NCBI RefSeq assembly: GCF_009834535.1
Contig: NC_045696.1
Coordinates: 59,274,001-59,338,000 of the forward strand
DNA from: Camelus ferus
Taxonomy: Eukaryota
Direction: 5' to 3'
DNA length: 64,000 nucleotides
The notes beneath the pieces are model-generated. The model was not told where the DNA came from, did no database searches, and worked only from the letters and a program-made list of their open reading frames with translations. Positions 13,957 through 25,700 of this stretch are shown here, piece after piece. Position 1 is the stretch's first letter. Each line of letters begins with the position of its first letter. Position numbers and translations under genes: made by a program.

Positions 13957-14337
13957 CACACACACACCATGACTTCTTGATCCAGTCATCTGTTGATGGA
14001 CATTTAGATTGCTTCCATGTCTTGACTATTGTAAGTAGTACTGCTGTGAACATTGGGGAACATGTATCTTTTTAAATTAGAGTTTTCTCTGGATATATGC
14101 CCAAGAGTGGGATTGCTGGATCATATAGTAATTCTATTTTAAGCAATCTCCATTCTGTTTTCCATAGTGGCTGCCCCAAGTTACATTCCCACCAACAGTG
14201 TAGGAGGGTTCCCTTTTCTGCATGCTCTCTCCAGAATTTATTGTTTGTGGGCTTTTTAATAATGGCCATTCTGACTGGTGTGAGGTGATACCTCATTGTA
14301 CTTTTGACTTCCCTGATAATTAGCGATATTGAGCATC
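13344..14337 (-). mobile_element. 5'-truncated L1 with ORF2 C-terminus and 3' UTR
   Basis: ORF 14072-14341 reads ...[16 protein letters not shown]...[10 protein letters not shown]...[12 protein letters not shown], the L1 ORF2p C-terminal region. 15-bp TSD tcaaag(a/t)ttaaatta at 13329-13343 and 14338-14352. Confidence 0.95.
13819..13953. repeat. Inverted microsatellite pair, about (CA)19 and (GT)20, inside the L1
   Basis: CA run 13819-13856 and GT run 13914-13953. Confidence 0.95.
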
Positions 14338-14704
14338 TCAAAGTTTAAATTACTAAAAATTTTGGGACAGTGACCATAGAGCATTAAATCCCATGCACAG
14401 GGCCTTCTCAGTGTGGCATCCTGTGTGACTGCACACCCTGAAGCTGGCCCTGCTGATGGTGGGATTCCTGGGAGGGGTAACAAGTACCCAGCTGGAGCCA
14501 CTGACCTCACCTGCCCCTGTCACAAACCATGCTGACTGCGCCTGAGATGCTGCAAGATGGATGGAAAAGAATGAGCCAGTAATTTTTGTGAGTGTCTCTT
14601 TCTCCAGGGAAGGCCTATAAGGCAGGTACGTACTGATCAAGCTGAATTCCTCAGTGGTTGAGGAATCAACTAATCTGTGGTTCATTGGTTGCACTGACAT
14701 CTCT

Positions 14705-14905
14705 GGAAATATTTATAGCCAGTTTGTATCAAATGCCCACCATGTGTCAGGCATCATGCCAAGTGCTTTACCTGGAGGAACTCATTGAATGTTCCTAATA
14801 ACCCCATTTTACAGATGAGGAAACTGAGGTCAATGACTTATTCAGCATCCCATGGTATGTAAATGATGGAGCCAAGTTATGAAGTCAGACAGTGTGGTGC
14901 TGGAG
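14705..14905 (-). mobile_element. MIR SINE
   Basis: ccccattttacagatgaggaaactgaggtc core. Confidence 0.8.
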
Positions 14906-15305
14906 CCCACCTCTGAGCCAGAAGGCCATTCTCCTGGGTGTAATCCAGTTTGTTCATAGTAATGGTGCTTAAGTATATTTTTATTTCTTGATTCCCAATA
15001 AAATTTTTTGTTTGGTTCTACTAGTATTTCCAGACAAGGGCATTTATTTTTAATTTGAAGTTTTCTTTCAAGTGAAATAGTCTGATTTTCTAAATACGCT
15101 TTCAAGAAAAGTGCATGGCTACATCTTTTTAAATCCCCCATTTTCGTCATCACATCATACTTTTTCAACATGGATGTTTCAGTAACAGAGCTGAAGCGGG
15201 AGGCTTGTTAGTCTCCCTTTGTTCCGAGTGCCATCCCTGCTGGCTGTCAAAAGGTGATTAGTGGCCAGAACCTGGAGGCAGCAGTGGAGCACCACTCACT
15301 TCACA

Positions 15306-15326
15306 CGCAGCACCGAGGAAAGCGGA
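15306..15326 (+). promoter_or_regulatory. Candidate REST/NRSF RE1 element (canonical spacing, imperfect)
   Basis: CAGCACC-GA-GGAAAGCG versus consensus CAGCACC-NN-GGACAGCG. Confidence 0.35.
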
Positions 15327-15421
15327 AGCACACTGCTTTCTGTGGGCATGAGTGCTCACTGTAAAGAAAGAGACCTTTTTTTTTTTTTTAGAACAACAGA
15401 AGGGTGATTATTTTACTTTCT

Positions 15422-15590
15422 AAGCACTTGCTACTCAGAGGGCATATTGTGAACCAGCGGCAGCAGCATCACCTGGGGCTTGTTAAAAATGCAAGATCTT
15501 AGGCCCCCTAGACTTGCTGAATCAGATTCTGCATATTTTAAAAAGCCTCATGTAATTCATTTACATATTAAAATTTGGGAAGTACCGTTT
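15422..15590. mobile_element. MER5-like hAT-Charlie MITE
   Basis: cagcagcatcacctggggcttgttaaaaatgca...tgaatcagattctgcat...aatttgggaagtac. Confidence 0.75.
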
Positions 15591-15954
15591 TAAGCTTGTG
15601 TGTGTGTGTGTGTTCGTGTTCGTGCGCGCACGTGTGCACACGCATGGGCATGCTTTTGTTTACTTCTGTGGAAAAAGACATCCTTATGTTAAACTCTGCC
15701 TTGGACTTGTATGGCCTTGGGTAGGTAACTGATCTCCTCTGAGCTTCAGTTTTTCTTTGTCAAATGAAGGAGTGAGACCAGGTAATTACTGTGGTCTGTC
15801 CTGGTTCTATGATTTTAGTAGGAATCTCTATGCAGCAGAGCTTTGTAGCAGTTTATTGCTTCTATTTGAAGCCGGCTTTGGGCATTTACACATTTTTAGC
15901 TCTGTCTGCTTTATCCTGTACTCAACTTCTAAAACCTGATTTTTCCCAGAATGT

Positions 15955-16080
15955 GACTTAAGACTATTGTATCCGAATCACTTGGGGACATTGTTAAAAT
16001 GCAGATTTCTGGGCCCCAGCACAGACTTCCTCAAGTGGAGTCTCCGGGGGTGGGTCCTAGAAATACACATCTTTAACCTC
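15955..16080. mobile_element. MER5-like MITE fragment
   Basis: gaatcacttggggacattgttaaaatgcagatttctgggcccc. Confidence 0.7.
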
Positions 16081-17544
16081 TGTGTTCCAGTGTAGGTGTT
16101 AGCACTTCCCTGCTACTTTCCAAGTACAGAAGTCTTTACTGGTTCTCTCATTATTTTTCTCTCTCTCTTTTTTTAAACATCATACTCTTCCTTGGTGCCT
16201 TAGAAAAATGGAGACACAATGGAGGAAATTAGGATGTGGGGAAAGGGAGCTAATTTGGAGAGGGATGGCACTGACTTGTGGTGCAAGCAGGGGATCAAAA
16301 TGCAGTTGTCTAGAATACACTGGAGGCTGTGGGGCTGAAAATATATGGAGAGAAGAGGGTTGAGCTGTGCATTTGGGAGCGCCTGATGTAGGGCTGGGAC
16401 ACTGAGGGATGGAAGGAGAAAGACTGCTGTGCGTTTACGTGTGAGAAGGTGTTTCTGAACAAGTCAGTGGAGCCCTCCCAGGAGTGGGAGTGCCGGGGTG
16501 TGTGAGGAGAGAGCTCAGATGACCTCAGGGTTCGACTTCAAGGACAGCTCAGATGTAGAGGGTAGGAGGGAACGAGGAGTCCATGAGACATTGAAGGAGA
16601 GTTGGAGAGGCAGAAGGAGAGGCAGGTCAGTCTGTCTCCAGAAGGACTCATGCATTTGGAATGAGAGTTCAGAGTCTTTAACTGTCAGAGCTGCCAGATT
16701 ATATGTGGTTTAAGAGGGCAATGGGGAGAGAAGCAGAGGAGGGGAGGGCAGTGGGGCCGGTGTTGGGGTCATGGCACTGCTGACACTTTCATGAGGGGTG
16801 AGCCACTGGGACACTCTGATAGTGGGCTTGTCCAGGGTGCAGAGGTGGTGACCTCACCTCCTCAGTTGGGGGTGGATATTTGCCCTTGGTGCCCACAGAG
16901 TGCTTACACGGTAGTGCCTATGAAGTTGCCAGCTTGGGAAGGAAGTGATGTGGGTGCAATGCAGGAAGATGGTTGGTAAAGACACAGATATTCTTGGCTA
17001 GTTGGCAAACATTGGGAGCAGCAAGCTGGAGGCAAACAGATGTCAGTATTTAGAACAAGATATTTGGACATCTTGGAAGCAAGAAAGCCCTTCTCTCTGC
17101 TCACTTCCAGGAGGGATTGGTAATTTTCTTCCTTGCTTGAACTTTGTTGGCTACTTAGCATAATTCAAACACACTGTAGCCGTATTTGGCAGATGGTCAA
17201 CTTCTCCAGGGAGCTTGGATCATGGACACTATCAGGTCAATTCAACAAGCATTTGTCAATGGTGCACTGTATGTAAAGCACTGACTTTGGTGTAGCAAGA
17301 ATGGAAAAAGCTTGGGCCAACCCTTCAGGAGTCATGATATAAACAAGATTGACATACAAATCTCTAATAAGGGACAGACTTACTTCTCTACATAGACTCA
17401 AGTTTTGGGGTGATGTTTTCCAGTCACTTTGATTGTCAAGGGAGCTACTGAGAAGCAACTGAAGATTTTTTTTTTTAAGTAAAGAAAAATATAGAAAAAA
17501 CTCTAGTGTCATTAGCAAGACACAGAAGGCAGTTTTGGGCAAAG

Positions 17545-17840
17545 GGCAAGAGTTCAGTACGTTTTGACCAACACTTGTTAAATGACTGATATATGACGGC
17601 TTTGCATTAAGGATTGAGGGTACAGAGATAAATAAGACGTGGTTTTGGCCTTAAGGAGCTTGACATCTAGCGGGGGAGACAGCCAAGGAAACAGATAATT
17701 ACAGCTCATCCTGACTCACCCTGCAGTTGGGTCATCACTGGATGCTAAAGAGGCACAGATGAGGATGTCAAACTCAAGAGATGATTTTGATTAAGCCTTA
17801 AAGAACAAGAAGGAGTTTAAACTGCTGAGAGGTGGTAAGA
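17545..17840 (-). mobile_element. L2 LINE 3' fragment
   Basis: ggtacagagataaataagacgtggttttggccttaaggagcttgacatctag is the typical antisense L2 3' signature. Confidence 0.7.
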
Positions 17841-18691
17841 GCCTTTTAAAAAAATCAGTGAATGGAATGCTGTGATTCCTCTGGCAGCCCTTTAGAGGCG
17901 GGACAACAGTTTTGGTATTTAGAGGAATGTTAGGCACTCTAGGTCCTGAAAAGTAGGCAGGGCAGACTCGATGATGCCCTCTTCTCTGTACTCTTCTTCC
18001 TCCAATTCTCCCTTCATCATCTTCCTCCTTCATCAAAGAGGTTGGAAGCAGGAGAAGAAGCAACAGTAATGTCCTCCTTGTCACCCCCCACCACACATGC
18101 TGCCCACGTGGGGTGGGAGAGATCTTCAGATTTTTATGAGGGTGCCCAAAGGTGACATCTGATTAGGAACTGATTAGCTGGGCCCTGAGGAAGAGAATGT
18201 GGCATGGATACTAGGACTGTTTCTGATTTGGGGTCTGGATTCTCAGAAGTGACTTTCTATACCTGGGAATGACCCAGCCTTGCCTTGCCTTCCCACCTGG
18301 CACCATTTGAGCTGCATACACATTGTTTTCAGAACAAGAGTGACCAAGGCAAAGACCTGGAGCAAAATTTGCCGATTTCCTCCCTCTTAGCATGAGTACT
18401 CACACCAGGGGTGCCCCTGTCCATCTCTTCGGGAGCCTCCCCATCTTGACTCTCTTCCTTGAGTTGCTCACGGTGGACGTGGCAGTCCTGGGTCTTGTGC
18501 GTGCTGTGGAGGGTGGCTGCAGTGGGCTGTGGCTAAATTGGGGAGGTTGGTCTTTTCCATCAGGAAAGACTGGTTTGCACTAGATTTACACAGTGAAGGA
18601 GAACTAGAGTGAGAGAGATTTTTCATTTAAAAAGACTTTAAGGAGGAAAAGCACAGCAAGGAGCAGATAGCATAGTGCTGACAGGGGTGGT

Positions 18692-18783
18692 GCAGCATAT
18701 GAACTCAAATTGGAATAATTCAGATGAGATTGGACTGGCCTTGTGTGAGGACAACATGCAACTCATGAAGAGTTCCATATTTT
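18692..18783 (+). pseudogene. Degenerate U6 snRNA retrocopy
   Basis: By my hand alignment about 75% identical to U6 from GCAGCAC to GTTCCATATTTT. The ACAGAGA box is mutated (TCAGATG), so it is non-functional. Confidence 0.88.
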
Positions 18784-19244
18784 GTGGGGACACTTGGGGA
18801 GATTTGAATATATAGACTGGTTGTTAGATAATATTAAGAAATTATTGTTAATTTTGTTAGGTGTGATTAATAGAACGTGGATAAGAAAATGCCTTCATAT
18901 TTATTTGTTTTTTTTGGGGGGGGGATTAGGTTTTTATTTATTTATTTATTTTTAACGGAGGTACTGGGGACTGAACCCGGGACCTTGTGCGTGCTAAACA
19001 CGCACTCTGCCTCTGAGCTATACCCTTCCCCACAAATGCCTTCATAGTTAAAAGATGTTTATTATTCATGGGTGAAATGTCATGATATGTGTAATTCACT
19101 TAAAAAAGATTCTGTAAAAATTATGAGGCAATTACGGCAACAAGGTAATAATTGTTAAATTTAGATTGTGAGTATGTGGGGACTAGTCACACTATCCTTT
19201 TTAGTCTTTGATGTGATTAAAACATTTCATAACAAAACATTAAG
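18784..19244 (+). mobile_element. Ancient L1 3' end (L1MC4-like), fused to the U6 copy and interrupted by a SINE
   Basis: ggggagatttgaatatatagactgg...attattgttaattttgttaggtgtgat...gggtgaaatgtcatgat...acatttcataacaaaa matches the remembered L1MC-type 3' UTR. Confidence 0.7.
18900..19031 (-). mobile_element. Vic-1-like SINE with 13-bp TSD
   Basis: Antisense tRNA-like head (ctgagctatacccttcccc). TSD aaatgccttcata at 18887-18899 and 19034-19046. Confidence 0.92.
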
Positions 19245-19254
19245 AAAAAGACTG

Positions 19255-19440
19255 AAGGCCCCAGAGCCAGACTCCGTGCGCCCGAATCCTGGTGCGTGGC
19301 CTGAACCCCCTCTCTAAGGCGGGCGGGGTGGTGAAAGCACCTGCTGCATGGGGCTGTGTGAAGACTGGGTTGTGTGACACATAAAACGCTTAGGTTGGTG
19401 TCTGGCGCATAAACATTCAGTAACTGCTTTGTTATTATTA
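19255..19440 (+). mobile_element. MIR SINE
   Basis: ccagagccagactcc...aatcctgg...gtgtctggcgcataaacattcagtaactgc. Confidence 0.6.
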
Positions 19441-19525
19441 CTGTTTTATTAAAAAGAAACCATCTCAAGAAATAGAGATGCTAAGCTTAGACTGGGACTG
19501 AGAGAGAACAATTTCCACAGAGGCC

Positions 19526-19990
19526 GAAGGAGATCCTGCCATTTGTGAGGACATCATGCTAAGTGAGGCAAGTCAGCTAGAGAAAGACAAAACTGTGTAG
19601 TGTCCCTTATATATGGAATCAAACTCATAGAAACAGAAAGTAGAAAAGTGGTGGCCAGGGGCTGGTGGGTGGGGAAAGTAGGGAGAGGCTGGCCACAGGG
19701 TACACGCTTCCTTTATACAGTGAATAAGGTCTGAGGACCTAATGTACATCATGGTGACTACAGGTAACAACACCCTATTGTATGATTGAAATTTGCTAAG
19801 AGAGTAGAACTTAAATGTCCTGATCAAAAAAAAAAAAAAAGAAGATAAATATATGAAGTGATGGATGTGCTCACTAGATGGGTCCTTTCACGATGTATAT
19901 GTACATCAAATCGCCATGATGTACACTTTAAATATCTTACAATTTTACATGTCAATTATACCTCAATAAAGCCGAAATTTAAAAAAAAAA
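19526..19990 (+). mobile_element. L1MA-type 3' end with poly(A)
   Basis: gagatcctgccatttgtg...atgctaagtga...gaaatttgctaagagagtaga...tgtcaattatacctcaataaagc followed by an A tail. Confidence 0.9.
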
Positions 19991-20491
19991 TTCTCTAGAG
20001 GCCAAACAAAAGCATCCAACTTGGGTCACATTCCAGTTTGTGGTGAGTCCAGAGGGGCAGACGTGGAGTTGGATTCAGTGGGGATCCAGGATCCTGATGG
20101 CACCCTTGTCCATGGGAGGGTGGGCTGGATGTTGTCAGGGAGAGACACTGATGCAAGGGGCAATAAGGCCACCTCCAAGGGGAGATGTTGAGTCCCAGGT
20201 TGGGTAGAAGAGCTCATTGGACAGTGACATGAATGTTGTGCTGCTCACCCATGCACAGAACTGTGGATTTTTTAGCCTTTGTGATACATTTTTTTTTTCT
20301 TTTCAAGTGGAACAGGAAATTTTGTAGGTAGGCATGAAGAAGGCTACAGAGAAAAGAGGCAACTCAGCTTCTTGTCTGGGAATTCAGCTGCACTGGAGAA
20401 ACTCTGGAATGTGAGTTGCACAGTGTAGAGATTTTCAGAGTAAATCAACTGCTCAAAGATGGGACTAGAGAGAAAATGGGTTCATTAGGTA

Positions 20492-20990
20492 ACATGAGTC
20501 AGGGCTCCAGCAGGAAACAGATGGCTCAGCCATTTTGGGTCATCTGAGGAAGGTTTAACGAAGGGGCTCTTCACATAGGTGTGGGCAGGGACTAGTAATG
20601 AAGAGGTTAGTTTCCCTAGAACCAACGGAATGAGGAAGGAGTGGTTACCAGAACTTGAGGACAGAGAATTCGTGTTGAGGGCTACCTCAGCAGGAGCCAT
20701 GACTTGAGATCAGGGGACACAGCCAGCCAGCCCACCAAGGCCCCACAGGGAGGTCATGAAGAGGTACAGGATATCCCAGCCTCACTCTCCTTGCTGCTTC
20801 TGATCTTCTGCTAGGACTTCCCAATGGCTGAACTCAGCAGGATGCCAGAGGGCAAGAAAGCCCTGACGTAGTCTGCACTGGTCAGCCCCCCAGGGCTCAG
20901 AGCAGGCTGGAGAAGGATGGAGGCTGTTCCTAGAACAGGGTGCAGAGTGGTGGAGGGTGGAGGGGCAAACAGGGGACATCTTCATCTGGG
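20492..20990 (-). mobile_element. ERVL solo LTR (LTR41-like)
   Basis: agtcagggctccagcaggaaacagatggc at one end and ggaggggcaaacagg at the other. Internal cccaatggctgaactcagc...ccagagggcaag. Confidence 0.65.
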
Positions 20991-22559
20991 CTACTAGGAG
21001 AATATGAGGCTTTTAGGGAAAAACTTTGTTTTTTCCAGCCTTGCTTTTAGTAACTTCCCCATTGCTAGTATGTAGAAGAGCCAGGTGATCTTGGCACCCG
21101 ACTATGTAAGCATCAGTAGCTTTATGCAAACACCAGTTTCTAACGGTGTGCTATGAGCTGTGGTATGCAGGCTGGAAGCAGACTTTAAATCCTCAAATTG
21201 GAGACCCAGAAGAGATATTGGAGATAATTTAGCCCAACTGCTTCATTCCTATAGATAAGAAAACAGCATTTCTGAGAGGCAAAATGATTTCTTCATGGCA
21301 GAGCCAGAAAGGGGACACTCATATCCTGGCTCTCAGTGAAATGGTCTTCCCTCAAGAATCTATTTCTACTCTGACCTCAGACATGAAATTAGCACCTTTT
21401 TTCTCTTTCTACATTCCCTGACCTTGACTACTCAAGTTTACCACCCTCCCCTCCCCTCTCCTCCCCTCTGTGATAGGAAATTACATTGATGCAATGGTGG
21501 CCTCTAAGTGAGCTTTACACATAGTGGGTCCCCTGTCCTGAGGTCGGAACTGAAAGCTCACAGCCAGAGAGGGGTGGGTTTAGGGTACGAGTGAGTGGAA
21601 GGACCACATCCCTGGCTTCTGAGTCATACGGGGTCAGAGGTCCTTTCTGTCTCTCTGCCAGGTCGGCCTTCCCCTTGGGTGATATGGTTCTGGAAACCAG
21701 AAGTGAGGTGAATGGGAGGGCACTGCAGGCAGAAGGTACCTGTGGCTCACACATGCTTTTTTTGGAGAAATGCTGGGGCAGGTCAGCCGGCCAAGCCGTC
21801 CTGATGACCAGCGCTGGATCTTGTGTGGGCAAAGAACTCATGAGGCCTGAGTGGAGGGCCGCCAGAGAGCAGTCGGAGTCCGGCATGAATGTTAGGTGCG
21901 CACTTGGTCCTCTCCTCCCTTCCCAGCGCCTCCTCAACATGTGCACATGCTGATTGTATCCATGCCAACCATGCCTCGTGGTCCGCCTGCTTACTTGTTG
22001 CCTGTGCTGTTTTCTCTCTCTCATTTTGTTGCTTTCTCTTGTTTTCTAGAGAAGAACTGAACATCCTTAAATAACAGAGCAAATACACATTACACCCTCC
22101 ATTTATTCAGGCTGAATGTTTATATTTTGTATTTCAGTTTCTAGGTTTGGAGATTAAATAAAAGAATCTGATGTTGTTTCTTTAATTTCCAAAGATAAAA
22201 AGAGCAAGAGGGCCCTCAAGTGACTTTCTCTCCACTGAAATTACCCCCATTTGCCCAATGTCATGGATCCCGGAACTGGATCATTACATTATCTCCAACT
22301 AATCATGACATATGAAGACACAGTCAAGAGGCTCCTCACATGGTCTCCTCCCCACCCACCCGCCTCCTGATGTCCCCATCAGGAGCATGTGTGAGGAAGC
22401 AGTGTGATCTGTGGTGTGGAAGGACCTCGGCCTGTGCCATGCCGTGGGGGTCGGACCTCCTGCTCTTGTCCTTCATGGCCTGGAAGCATGAGTGACACCA
22501 AGGGCAGCAGTCACCAGTCACCATTCCTGCTGTTTGTGACGCAACTTCCAGTGTTAGGG

Positions 22560-22770
22560 ATGAGGCTGGGCATTTTCACAAATGTCTCATTTGATCTTTA
22601 AAACAACCTTTGTGCTTCCCATTTTAAAGATAAGGAAACAGAGACTAAGGGAGGCTAGGAATTTACCTAAAGTCATGCAGCTCCTAAGTGGCAGAGCTCG
22701 GATTTGAATTTAGAAATAGTCTGTCAGTCTACATCCGTAGTCTGTGTTCTTTGCTTTGCATTGCTATGTG
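22560..22770 (-). mobile_element. MIR SINE
   Basis: cccattttaaagataaggaaacagagact...aagtggcagagctcggatttgaa. Confidence 0.8.
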
Positions 22771-25700
22771 CTACCAGTCTCATGCACTGCTCTGGGGGAA
22801 CATAACTTTATGGAGACCTAGGAGGAGGAGGAGAAAGAAATACTGATGGAACAAAGTTAAAATGTCTAAGAGATTGGGGGTCTCCCAGAGCTGAGTCTAT
22901 GTAGTGTGTGTCTATGTAGTGTGCGGCCCAGGGATGGTGCTGGAGAGTACACAGGATCTGCTGCTCCCCATTTATTTGTAGCAGAGAACAAGGCATAATT
23001 GAGAAAAAATGGGCAGTTTGGATTAGCAGGTATGTAGGATGAAGTAGGAAATCAAGCTAGAGGTATACTGGTGTTAAAGTGAGGGATTCCTTCATTGGGC
23101 ACGGGGAGCCACTGCATATTGTTGGGTGAGGGAATGGCATGGTGGAGCTCCTTTGCTTTAAGAAAATAATAAATCATAATCATAATAATAACTTTACCAA
23201 TGTTTAGAGTGGATTACAGTGTGGAATAGGGTAAGGGCTATAAAGAGGTAGATGCCACGTGCAGTTGAAGCTCAGAGGGGAGGGGGTGAGCTTTACTAGG
23301 GGGACTTAGGGAATGGTTTGTAGGAAGGGGGACATTTGACTTGGGCCTGGAAGGATGGATTTGGAAAGTCTGTAATGGGTCTGCCAAGGTATCAGCAGAG
23401 TAGGGACTGGAGGGCCTCTCATGTTAGGCTACTCTGCAAATGGGCTAGAGCAGCAGGCATGCATTTAGATACGACCTTGCTTGAAAAAGCAGTTACAGCG
23501 GCTTATTGAAATATATGAACTACAACAAGGTAAAATAAGGAAGTGATAAAGTAGAGGCAGAGGGAAAATTAAGGTAAGAAAAGTGAAAGGAAGGTAACAC
23601 TGAGATTAGGACAGTTAGCTGGATGTGTCCCCTATTTTCTGGGGACATGCTCCCCAAAGCTCATGGACAGAAACTGCTGTAAAAGACCGAGTGTGTGTGG
23701 AGCAAAGAGACTGTGATGAAGCAGTGGCAGCACACACCTCTCAGCCCTGTGGGCAGCACTGAGGAGAGCTGGACAAGGCTTTGTGTAGAGCAGACATGAA
23801 GGCTGCTTCAGGGATGGAGTGGTCAGACCCTGGTGGAGCCCAGAGGAGAAGAATCCCCTGGGGTCGTGGAGCAGGTAGGAAGAGAGAAATACAAGCAGCT
23901 GACTCCATCACCATGCTTGTGTTTGTGTGTGTGCGCGAGACCTTAGTGCCACTGTGATTGCTGAGAAACTTGGAGTCCTCAAGGTTTCTGCTCTGAGCAC
24001 TGCTCCATGTTCTGTTGTAAGAGATCCAGGAAGCAGCCAGGTAATAGTTTCCAGGTTCTTGGAGAGCCTGCTGGAGGCTCTCTCTTTACTTACTTGAGAA
24101 CATACCATCCTCAGGCTAGCCTCCAAGACTCAGCTCCTGCTGGAATCTTTGCTTGAAGGGCCTTTCCATTCTAGCCACGGTCTACTCATAGTCTCTCCAT
24201 TTTGTGAGGCTCCAGAATTATTCCACTCCAGGTTGGGGAAGAGGTCTTCTGTGACATCACTGTTCCCATCTCTGATCTCCTTGAATACTTTCCAGGACTT
24301 GTCATCACAAACCTCCTTTCATTATTGCTATTGCACACGCCAGGTGTTTTCTCCTCACCTTGATGAATGTTTAGCTCCTGTAGGATGGCTGGGAACTTTT
24401 CTGAAGGTATTAGTGCCTATCCCTGTGTTGTTGGTGCAGTAGAAGTTAAGTAAATACAAGCTCGACCTTCCCTTCCTCCAGCATCTTGCCTTGTGTGTCA
24501 GCTTCAGGGGGTCTGTGCAGTGCAGGAAAGTGAATAAGTCAGGAGGTCTTGGTTTTAGGATTGATCTATCATTGGCTTGATCTGCCGCTTCTCCTTTCAA
24601 GATCTCAGTTTTCCTACCTGTAAAATGAGAGGGCTGCACTGAATTATAGCTAGGGTCCCTTCTACATATATAATTGTGTGAAATTGCCTTAATTAGGGTT
24701 ATTTTCTGCTTTGTCTTGCTCTCTCTACACTTTGTGTGTGTGTGCTAATGTCTGTCCTTGAAGGGTTTCTATTTATGTTAAAACTCTGGACTCAGGAAGG
24801 TAGCATTTCCATGTGAAGGATGACCCAGTAGGGGAGGGAGGCAACCTTATGCTTGGTTGGATGATGTGGTGGGTAGGGTGTTCGCGCCTATTTAGCTGTG
24901 CTGGGATGCTTGGTGCTCTGAGCCAGTCAGATGTTACTTGGTGGTGACTTCTCTAATGGTGGTGTCTTTGTGGTTGCCAAGTTAGGCAAAAATCACCCAT
25001 CATAAGTGTAACCACTGATTAGGCACTTTCCAGATGTCATCTTTAGTCCTCCCCAAACTCTGAAAGGTAGTTGTTACTCCTGTACTCTGAGAGAACAGGT
25101 TCAGAGAGGCTGAATGATTTGCCAGAAAAGTCTCAAGACCAGGATCTCTCCCAAGGCTGCTTGGCTCCAAGTGTGGGCTCTGCTCATCAGCGTTGACTTG
25201 CAAGTCAATTAAACCCAGAAGAAGAGAGCAGAAGACATCCATACCACAACCACATAGGAAAGCAAGTAACTCCCCTAGCCCACAAGGTGTCTCCTCTGTT
25301 AGAATTTCCCTCAGACATCGTCCTTGAGCCAGAGGGATTCCTGAAGGACCTCTTGAAGACCTTCCACAGCGTAAGTGATTTGTGGAATAAGACATATTTC
25401 TGTCCCAGACTCCAAGTTTCCTTCTTCTGAAAACGAAAGCTGAATGTTCTGCCACGGGCTGTTAAGACACTGGGGTGGGAAAAGATGTTGGCCAGGATTA
25501 ATGTGGTGGAAGAAGAGCTATTTCTAAGTAGTGGGTATCAATTTTCTAAATACAACCCGGGGACATGTTACACTTCCTTCTACAAGTCCTTGTAAAGACA
25601 GCAGAGACAGCGGCTCAGTGCACCCTCTTCCTGGTCTTGTTCTGCTCCGATCTGCTCCCTGAATCTGTGCGCTCTCTCACCAACGCTTGAAAAGTCATCT

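Larger units (their letters stand above)
12563..14452 (-). mobile_element. MER45B/C-like hAT-Tip100 DNA transposon interrupted by an L1
   Basis: Terminal inverted repeats caggaccagctaca (12563) and tgaagctggccctg (ends 14452). Degenerate 8-bp TSD ctagtagt / ctgatggt. About 880 bp after removing the L1. Confidence 0.8.
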
